NCBI GenBank assembly: GCA_964495805.1
Contig: CAZBWV010000035.1
Span: forward strand, 5,924 to 69,923
Length of the DNA: 64,000 nt
Source: an uncultured Calditrichaceae bacterium
GTDB lineage: Bacteria; Calditrichota; Calditrichia; RBG-13-44-9
Reading direction: 5' to 3'
Positions 57,431-64,000 of this stretch are shown here, piece by piece. The translations under genes and the position numbers were made by a program. The notes under the pieces are model-generated. The model was not told the DNA's origin, made no database searches, and worked only from the letters and a program-made list of their open reading frames with translations. Numbering within the stretch: position 1 is the first letter of the stretch; every line of letters starts with the position of its first letter.

Positions 57431-59233
57431 ATGGGTAAAATTAAAGTACTGCCGCCGCAGATTGCCAACAAAATAGCCGCCGGGGAGGTGGTGGACCGCC
57501 CTGCTTCGGTGGTCAAAGAACTGCTGGAGAATTCCATCGATGCCGGTGCCACGGAAATTACCGTGGTGATTGAGCAAGCCGGGAAAGAACTCATTCAGGT
57601 GATTGACGACGGCGAGGGCATGGGCGCGGACGATGTGCCCCTGGCATTTAAGCGGCATGCTACCAGCAAAATTGAGACGGTAAGCGACCTGGACCGCATC
57701 ATCACTCTGGGATTTCGCGGAGAGGCATTACCCAGCATCGCCTCTGTAGCCCGGGTGGAGGTGAAGACGCGCCGCAAAGATTCCGAAAGCGGTGTGTGGG
57801 TGGAGCTGGAAGGTGGCGAAATTGTGCGGCAAAGTGAGCTGGCCATGAAGCCGGGAACTATCATTGCCGTTAAAAATCTGTTTTACAACACCCCGGCCCG
57901 ACGAAACTTTTTACGCGCAGATGTAACTGAATTCAATCACATTCACCGGGTGCTCAAGCGTTTCTTCCTGGGATATCCGGAAATCCATTTCACGGTTATC
58001 AACAACGGAAAAGAAATTTACCATTTACCTGCCACCACCATCGACGAGCGCATTAGCGGAGTACTGGGGAAAGAGCTGTACGAAGGGATGGTGTACGTGC
58101 GGGAAGAGCTGAACGAAATTGAGCTGGAAGGATACATCTGCCGTCCCGATCTGGCCCGGGGGAAAAGCGATAACCAGTTTATCTTTCTGAATAAACGCGC
58201 CATCCAGAACCGCAGCCTGGCGCATGCGGTGTTGCAGGGCTACGGAAATCTGATAGAACGCTCTCAGTATCCGCAGTACGTGATGTTTCTCAACATCCCG
58301 CCGGCGCTGGTGGACGTGAATGTCCATCCCACCAAAATGGAAGTGCGCTTTTCCAACGAGCGGGTTATTTATCACCTGTTTCTCTCCGCTGTGCGAAAAG
58401 CCATTCAAACGGAACAGATCATTCCGGCCTTTACCGGCGGAAGTACCGCGGCACCGGAAGAGGCTCCCATGCGCCGGGAGGTGGACCGGGAGTTCAAACT
58501 GCGCCTTCAGCAACATCCCCGGCCGTTCCGACCCGGGCAGGTGCGTCCCCCCCGCGAGGCACCGGTGAATCAGTTAGCGTTTAGCTACACCATTCCGGAA
58601 ACCCAGATGCCTGAAGGACAAGAAGAAACGCCGCCCGAAACGGAAGAAAGGGAGGAAAGCAACATCCAGCCGCGTTTGTGGCAGGTACATCGTCGCTACA
58701 TCTTCTCTCAGATTAAAAGCGGAGTGGTTATCATCGACCAGCATGTCGCGCACGAGCGGGTTCTGTACGAAAAAATTTTGAACTCCATCCGGCAACAAAA
58801 AACCATCCCTTCCCAGAAGCTGCTCTTTCCGCAAACCCTGGAGTTATCGCTGGAAGATTATTTGATTTACGACGAGATCAAGGAGTGGCTGGCGAAAATC
58901 GGATTTTCCATCTCCGAATTGAGCGGGCGTACCATTTTAATTGAAGCCATTCCGGCTGATGTAAAAGTGGGATACGAGGGCAAAGTGCTGCTGGAAATGA
59001 TTGATTACTATCGGGAGAACGAGGGGAGCAAACTGCAACCTCACGAAAAAATTGCTGCAGCGTTTGCCTGCAAAAACGCCATCAAATCCGGCGATAAACT
59101 TACCCTGCGGGAGATGGAAGCGCTGGTGGATCAGCTCTTTTCCACCAGTGAACCGTATTTCTGTCCCCACGGGCGGCCGGTTATCGTCACCCTGAATCTG
59201 GAAGAAATCGATAAGAAATTCAAACGATTGTAA
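57431..59233 (+). CDS. mutL: DNA mismatch repair protein MutL
   Basis: IKVLPPQIANKIAAGEVVDRPASVVKELLENSIDAGAT is the GHKL ATPase motif, and the C-terminal dimerisation domain is present. The start was moved to ATG 57431 after AAGGAAAG. Confidence 0.9.
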   Translation: MGKIKVLPPQIANKIAAGEVVDRPASVVKELLENSIDAGATEITVVIEQAGKELIQVIDDGEGMGADDVPLAFKRHATSKIETVSDLDRIITLGFRGEALPSIASVARVEVKTRRKDSESGVWVELEGGEIVRQSELAMKPGTIIAVKNLFYNTPARRNFLRADVTEFNHIHRVLKRFFLGYPEIHFTVINNGKEIYHLPATTIDERISGVLGKELYEGMVYVREELNEIELEGYICRPDLARGKSDNQFIFLNKRAIQNRSLAHAVLQGYGNLIERSQYPQYVMFLNIPPALVDVNVHPTKMEVRFSNERVIYHLFLSAVRKAIQTEQIIPAFTGGSTAAPEEAPMRREVDREFKLRLQQHPRPFRPGQVRPPREAPVNQLAFSYTIPETQMPEGQEETPPETEEREESNIQPRLWQVHRRYIFSQIKSGVVIIDQHVAHERVLYEKILNSIRQQKTIPSQKLLFPQTLELSLEDYLIYDEIKEWLAKIGFSISELSGRTILIEAIPADVKVGYEGKVLLEMIDYYRENEGSKLQPHEKIAAAFACKNAIKSGDKLTLREMEALVDQLFSTSEPYFCPHGRPVIVTLNLEEIDKKFKRL

Positions 59234-59392
59234 ATGCGGCAGATCGAGCTGCTGGTGTACAGGGGGAGGCTGGGAGCGGTTACCGGAAACTCTTTTGGGA
59301 AGATCAGACACCAAACAACAGACATGTTGACCGTCGGGCTACCGGCAGGGATTGGTTAAACCCTTTTGCTGAAGCCCGCTCAAAAGCGACCC

Positions 59393-60343
59393 ATGAGTGC
59401 GGAGAAACGTCACAAAATTGTCCTTGTGGTGGTTGGACCAACGGGGGTGGGAAAAACCCGATTAAGTAAACTGCTGGCCGAACAGTTGCCGGTGGAAATT
59501 GTGTCGGCAGATTCCCGGCAGATTTACCGGTATATGGATATTGGAACCGCCAAACCCTCACCGGAGCTGCTTAAACGCATTCCGCATCATTTCATCAATA
59601 TTCTCAATCCCGACCAATATTACAGTGCGGGCGAGTATGGTCAGCAAGCCCGGCGGGTGATTGAAGAAATCTTTGCCCGGGAGCGGGTGCCGCTGGTGGT
59701 GGGTGGTTCCGGTCTGTACATTCGGGCACTGCTGGAGGGATTTTTCCAGCACGATGTACGCAACGAAAAGATTCGCGAGAGTCTGGAACATCGTCTGCGG
59801 GAGGAAGGTTCCCAATCCCTTTATCGGGATTTGCAGAAAGTGGACCCGGTGAGTGCGGGACGAATTCATCCCAACAACAGCCAGCGCATAATTCGCGCCC
59901 TGGAGGTGTACCTGGCCGGTGGCGTACCCCTCTCCCGCTTGCAGGAAAAAAAACTTCCTCCGCCCGATTTTACTCCCCTCAAATTTGGGCTCACCCGCGA
60001 GCGAAAAAAACTGTACCAGGATATCAATCGGCGGGTGGAGGAAATGTTCCGCCGCGGATTGATTCAGGAGGTCTCCCGAATTCTGGGTATGGGTTACGAA
60101 AAAAATCTGAATAGCCTGAACAGTGTGGGATACCGGGAAGTTATTGCGTATCTGGAGGGAGAGATAGATTACGACACCTGCGTGGAGCTGGTGAAACGGA
60201 ACACCCGTCGCTATGCCAAGCGGCAGTACACCTGGTTCCGTGCCGATCCGGAAATCCGCTGGCTGGAAGTGGAGCGCGAGGAAGATTTTACGCGGGCTGC
60301 GCAGGAAATAGTGGACGCGTATCGAAAGGCAATGGAGTTATGA
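59393..60343 (+). CDS. miaA: tRNA dimethylallyltransferase
   Basis: IVLVVVGPTGVGKTRLS is the P-loop, with SADSRQIYRYMDIGTAKP. Confidence 0.85.
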   Translation: MSAEKRHKIVLVVVGPTGVGKTRLSKLLAEQLPVEIVSADSRQIYRYMDIGTAKPSPELLKRIPHHFINILNPDQYYSAGEYGQQARRVIEEIFARERVPLVVGGSGLYIRALLEGFFQHDVRNEKIRESLEHRLREEGSQSLYRDLQKVDPVSAGRIHPNNSQRIIRALEVYLAGGVPLSRLQEKKLPPPDFTPLKFGLTRERKKLYQDINRRVEEMFRRGLIQEVSRILGMGYEKNLNSLNSVGYREVIAYLEGEIDYDTCVELVKRNTRRYAKRQYTWFRADPEIRWLEVEREEDFTRAAQEIVDAYRKAMEL

Positions 60344-60822
60344 AACAACCTTTGCGGGTGTATTTGGCTGGTGCCATCGAAAAAGCACCGGATAACGGAT
60401 GTGCCTGGCGCGAGGAAATGGGACGCTTCCTGACCCGGGAATTGCATCATACTGTGTTCAACCCTTGCCTGGAAGAAAACCATGTGCTAACCCCGGAAGA
60501 GTTTCGCCATTTTCGGGAATGGAAGGAGAACAACCTGCCGCGCTTCCGACAGGTGGTGCACAAAATCATTCGCACGGACCTGGACACTCTGCTTCATCGC
60601 ATCGATTATGTGGTGTGCCTGTGGGACCGGTACGTAATGGCAGGTGGAGGAACCCATGGCGAGCTGACCATGGCTTTCTGGCATGGCATACCGGTGTACA
60701 TGGTCTCTCACATTCCGTTGGCGGAGATGAGTAGCTGGATAATTGGTTGCACCACGGAAATTTTTACCGATTTTGTTCAACTCAAGGGGTTTTTACGCCA
60801 GCGTTACGGAGGGGAATCGTGA
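60340..60822 (+). CDS. YtoQ-like protein (nucleoside 2-deoxyribosyltransferase/LOG-like Rossmann superfamily)
   Basis: VYLAGAIEKAPDNGCAWREE, and AGGGTHGEL resembling the PGGxGTxxE motif. It overlaps the miaA stop as ATGA. Confidence 0.5.
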   Translation: MKQPLRVYLAGAIEKAPDNGCAWREEMGRFLTRELHHTVFNPCLEENHVLTPEEFRHFREWKENNLPRFRQVVHKIIRTDLDTLLHRIDYVVCLWDRYVMAGGGTHGELTMAFWHGIPVYMVSHIPLAEMSSWIIGCTTEIFTDFVQLKGFLRQRYGGES

Positions 60823-61502
60823 AACCGGAGGAAAGTGTGATTTTACCAGCGGGAGAAACCCGCTACATCTACCTGCATGGATTCCTGTCCGGACCGGAAT
60901 CCACCAAAGGGAAATATTTTGCCGAGCAGATGGCGACTGAGGGCGTTTCTCTTATTCGTCCGGATTTGAAGGGGGAGCAACCCGAGCGGATGACCCTCAC
61001 CTCCCAGCTAAAAATCCTGAAAGAAGAAATAGCCAGGACATCCGGCACGGTGGTGCTGCTGGGTTCCAGTCTGGGGGCTTATTTAGCGTTGCTGGCGGCA
61101 GAGCACCATCGCAATGTTCGCCGGTTGATTCTGATCGCACCCGCTTTTGAATTCCCGCTGCGTTTTCTTCGGCTTCTGCCGGAAGAACAACTACGCCAGT
61201 GGGAACGGAACGGGGAGCTTCCCTTCTTTTTTTATTCACTGAACAGAGAACATCCCCTGCGATACGATTTTGTCCGCGACCTGAAGCAGTATCGTTCTGT
61301 TGAGTTGAAGCGCCAGCTACCGGTTCAGATTTTCCACGGTGTGCGGGATGAGGTGGTGCCTTACCGCCTGAGCGTGGAATATCTGGAATCTCATCCCATG
61401 ACCGATCTGATTCTGCTCAACACCGACCATGGAATGCTGGATAAAATGGATGTGATGTGGGAGTATATGAAGCTGTTTTTAGGTTTTGTCCGGAACGGAT
61501 GA
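60819..61502 (+). CDS. alpha/beta-hydrolase esterase (YqiA/UPF0227-like)
   Basis: YIYLHGFLSGPES and the nucleophile elbow LLGSSLGAYLAL. The GTG start overlaps the upstream stop as GTGA. Confidence 0.6.
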   Translation: MKPEESVILPAGETRYIYLHGFLSGPESTKGKYFAEQMATEGVSLIRPDLKGEQPERMTLTSQLKILKEEIARTSGTVVLLGSSLGAYLALLAAEHHRNVRRLILIAPAFEFPLRFLRLLPEEQLRQWERNGELPFFFYSLNREHPLRYDFVRDLKQYRSVELKRQLPVQIFHGVRDEVVPYRLSVEYLESHPMTDLILLNTDHGMLDKMDVMWEYMKLFLGFVRNG

Positions 61503-61524
61503 GCCCGGGATGCTTCCTGCCCGA

Positions 61525-62244
61525 TTACAATTTTCCGTACATTTTTAAAAGCGTACCCGATAAGCCACTGGCTTCCGGTCGGCACAGGCTAACCAGCACG
61601 CTGGCAATTTCTTCCGGGGTAATCCAGCGGGAGTAGTCGGCTTCTGGCATGCTGGCGCGGTTGGCAGGTGTGTCGATGATGCTGGGTAAAATGGCATTGA
61701 CGGTAATTTTGTATGCCCGCCCCTCCCGGGCCAGAACCTGGGTAAGCGCTAAAACAGCCGCTTTGCTTACCGAATAGGCTCCCATGTTCGCCGGTAGTTC
61801 CAGAGCCGCCTGGGCACCCACCGTAAAAATCTTGCCCCCCTCACCACGTTCCTTCATCAGTGCAAATCCGCGCCGGGCAACCAGAAAAGTGCTGTGTAAA
61901 TTTAGCTCCATCATTTCATTCCATTTTTCTACGGGTGTTTCGGAAATTTCCCCACCCATCCAGAAGCCGCCCATCAGATGTAGCACCACATCAATTTTCT
62001 CCAGAAGGTCTATGGCTTCGCTGAAAAAGGCTTCCACCTTCTCCTCCCGGGTCAGGTTTGCCTGAATCCCGAACAGGTTCGGGTTGTGCCCGACCAGATC
62101 GCGCAGAGCAGTCATCTTCTCCAGCGAACGGTAATTGGTGACCACCCGGGCACCTTCCCGAAGAAATTGACGGATCACTTCCTGCCCCAGAAAACCGGTT
62201 CCACCGGTTACTACCACATTTATGTGTCGTAATAATTCTGCCAT
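61525..62244 (-). CDS. SDR-family NAD(P)-dependent oxidoreductase
   Basis: VVVTGGTGFLGQEV is the Rossmann motif, and YSVSKAA is the catalytic YxxxK. An AGGAG SD lies before ATG 62244. Confidence 0.75.
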   Translation of the reverse strand: MAELLRHINVVVTGGTGFLGQEVIRQFLREGARVVTNYRSLEKMTALRDLVGHNPNLFGIQANLTREEKVEAFFSEAIDLLEKIDVVLHLMGGFWMGGEISETPVEKWNEMMELNLHSTFLVARRGFALMKERGEGGKIFTVGAQAALELPANMGAYSVSKAAVLALTQVLAREGRAYKITVNAILPSIIDTPANRASMPEADYSRWITPEEIASVLVSLCRPEASGLSGTLLKMYGKL

Positions 62245-62603
62245 GAGCATCTCCTTTTTTGTTGAATGAAATTTACAGAATAGAGGGAGCTGAATCCACC
62301 GGATACTGGTTTGGGGGAGAAAAATAGGAACGAATTCGCTGTTTTCTTTATGGAAATCATCATACCGTTTCAGATGTGCTGGCAAAGAGGATATGGTAGT
62401 TGCTTAACTAAACATCATTTTACCACACCGAGTACTCTTATCTTTCCAATTTATTTTTCCATTTGTATTCCCTCACTTGTGGTCGAAAATTAAGGATGAA
62501 GGGAAAGGGAGAGCACAGGCAGGTGAATTCCTGGCAGGGAAGAAACACAACCTCCATCTCCGGGAATTCATCAGGACATCGTGATTTAACAGGAAGGTGC
62601 GGG

Positions 62604-63806
62604 ATGATGAAACGGATTTTCTGGGTAGCGGTCCTGCTGGTACGGCTGGTGCTGGGCCAGGCGGATACCGTGTGGGTGATGACCTACAACGTGTTGAATT
62701 TCCCTGGCAGTAATGGCAACCAGCGACTGGGTTATTTTTCCACGATTCTTCAATATGTGGAACCGGATGTGTTGCTGGTCCAGGAAGTGGAGAGTCAGGA
62801 TGGGGTCAATCTGCTTCTTTCCGTACTGGATACGGACTTTCAGGCGGTACCCTTTCATGACGGGCCGGACACAGATAATGCACTGTTTTATCGTGCCAGC
62901 CGCTTTACCTTTCTGGGAGCCAGTTACCACAGTACGGCATTGCGGGATATTGCCGAGTACCATTTGAAGCATCTTGCCTCCGGAGAGGAAATGTACTGCT
63001 ATTCCGTGCATTTAAAAGCCAGTCAGGGTACCCAGAACGAACAGAAGCGATTGGCTGAAGCGACCATTCTGAAAAACAGCATTCTGGCTCTGCCTCCGCA
63101 GGCAAATTATATTGCCGTTGGGGATATGAACCTATACACCAGCAATGAACCAGCCTATCAGCTGCTAATCAGCGATAGCACTTTGTTCGACCCGATTGAT
63201 GCACCGGGCAACTGGCACAACAATCCTGCTTTTGCCGATATCCATACCCAGTCCCCAAGGGCAAACAGTTTTGGAGGCGGGAGCAGTGGCGGACTGGATG
63301 ATCGGTTCGACTTTATTCTCATCTCTCCGACGTTGTTGGATAATATCATCTCTTCCGGATACCATGTGGTGGGGAACGATGGTAACCACTTCAACCTTTC
63401 GGTGAACGATGGCACCAACTGGGTGGTACCACCGTCGGTTGCCGATGCCCTGTATTACGCATCCGATCATCTGCCTGTGGTTTGTCCGTTTGTTTTTGAA
63501 GATGTCAGTACCATTTCCCACGGCGCTGCACCTGTGCCGGAAACGGTGGTGTTGCTTCCCAACTTTCCCAATCCGTTTAATCCCGGTACCACCATTACGT
63601 TTCGGCTTGGAAGCGATGCTCAGGTGGAACTTGCTGTGTATGATATACGGGGAGCGAAAGTGGCGCAACTAATCAGCGGATATCGCCAGGCGGGGATGTA
63701 TCGGGTGAACTGGCAACCTTCCTCCGCCGTGCCCGGTGGGGTGTACTTTGTGCGCCTGAGCACGCCCGGGCTAACGGCTGTTCGGAAAATGGTATATGTA
63801 AAGTAA
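62604..63806 (+). CDS. endonuclease/exonuclease/phosphatase (EEP) family protein with a T9SS C-terminal sorting domain
   Basis: A signal peptide, the EEP motifs VMTYNVLNF, LLVQEV and GDMNLY, and C-terminus NFPNPFNPGTTITF...GVYFVRL. An AGGAAGG SD lies upstream. Confidence 0.75.
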   Translation: MMKRIFWVAVLLVRLVLGQADTVWVMTYNVLNFPGSNGNQRLGYFSTILQYVEPDVLLVQEVESQDGVNLLLSVLDTDFQAVPFHDGPDTDNALFYRASRFTFLGASYHSTALRDIAEYHLKHLASGEEMYCYSVHLKASQGTQNEQKRLAEATILKNSILALPPQANYIAVGDMNLYTSNEPAYQLLISDSTLFDPIDAPGNWHNNPAFADIHTQSPRANSFGGGSSGGLDDRFDFILISPTLLDNIISSGYHVVGNDGNHFNLSVNDGTNWVVPPSVADALYYASDHLPVVCPFVFEDVSTISHGAAPVPETVVLLPNFPNPFNPGTTITFRLGSDAQVELAVYDIRGAKVAQLISGYRQAGMYRVNWQPSSAVPGGVYFVRLSTPGLTAVRKMVYVK

Positions 63807-64000
63807 ACTGTTTTTTAGCCACCAGGCACAGCCTCTAACCACTCAATCATTCAATAGCAATGCATCTCAACCCGGTGTAAGGGAGCAACCTGTGCTGATA
63901 AAGAAAACCGCTTCAGCGGTTTCTCCGGGTGCCAGTTTCTGCTGTTTTCACTGCGCCAGCCCGGGAACTCATCCCGGGCATAGCCGTTCCTGACCGCCCG

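Noticed and set aside
1-64000. CRISPR arrays, rRNA genes, and insertion-sequence, transposase or integrase genes
   Set aside because: I found no regularly spaced direct repeats, no rRNA-like conserved stretches, and no transposase or integrase motifs. The only multi-copy element found is the 14-bp palindrome.
63841-64000. A structured non-coding end of the window, with the AAACCGC-TTCA-GCGGTTT and CCCGGG-N7-CCCGGG hairpins
   Set aside because: It probably contains a terminator for a minus-strand gene beyond the window edge. The region is too truncated to interpret.

Overview
This 64 kb window looks like a bacterial chromosome, probably from the FCB superphylum, with about 50% GC. The lineage guess is an inference from five secreted proteins that end in the type IX secretion C-terminal sorting motif (NYPNPFNP...). 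The mostly housekeeping backbone has two notable parts. The first is an Rnf electron-transport operon rnfCDGEA on the minus strand, with the flavin transferase ApbE, ispB and tatC downstream of it, while rnfB sits alone 14 kb away. The second is a classic origin-proximal cluster rpmH-rnpA-yidD-yidC-mnmE-mnmG-rsmG-parA-like, but dnaA and dnaN are not in the window. Other recognisable genes include:
- a tandem-domain ThyX
- ssb
- an M23/EnvC-like peptidase
- mutL
- miaA
- two adjacent class IV (branched-chain) aminotransferases
- an MFS transporter
- cspA
- ogt
- dCMP deaminase
- an ABC-2 exporter pair
- a yigZ homologue
- a Kv-type K+ channel
- a histone-deacetylase-family gene

An accessory island (about 40.1-50.6 kb, minus strand) carries five T9SS-tailed proteins (beta-helix, BNR/Ycf48-like, SBBP beta-propeller) interleaved with an atypical LuxR-type pseudo-receiver and a hybrid REC-histidine kinase.

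The observations most worth a second look are:
- a single ORF fusing a ribosome hibernation factor (HPF/RaiA) domain to an ECF-like sigma-70 domain
- three identical 14-bp perfect palindromes (GTTTCACGTGAAAC) bracketing mnmG and the rsmG start
- rnfB unlinked from the rest of the rnf operon
- a fused double ThyX whose first RHR motif is degenerate
- an HDAC-family gene with a GNAT-like partner immediately downstream

I found one tRNA (Val-TAC) and no CRISPR array, rRNA, transposase or integrase. Gene products are inferred from remembered family motifs and were not searched against any database. Start codons were adjusted by eye for SD sequences and are approximate.
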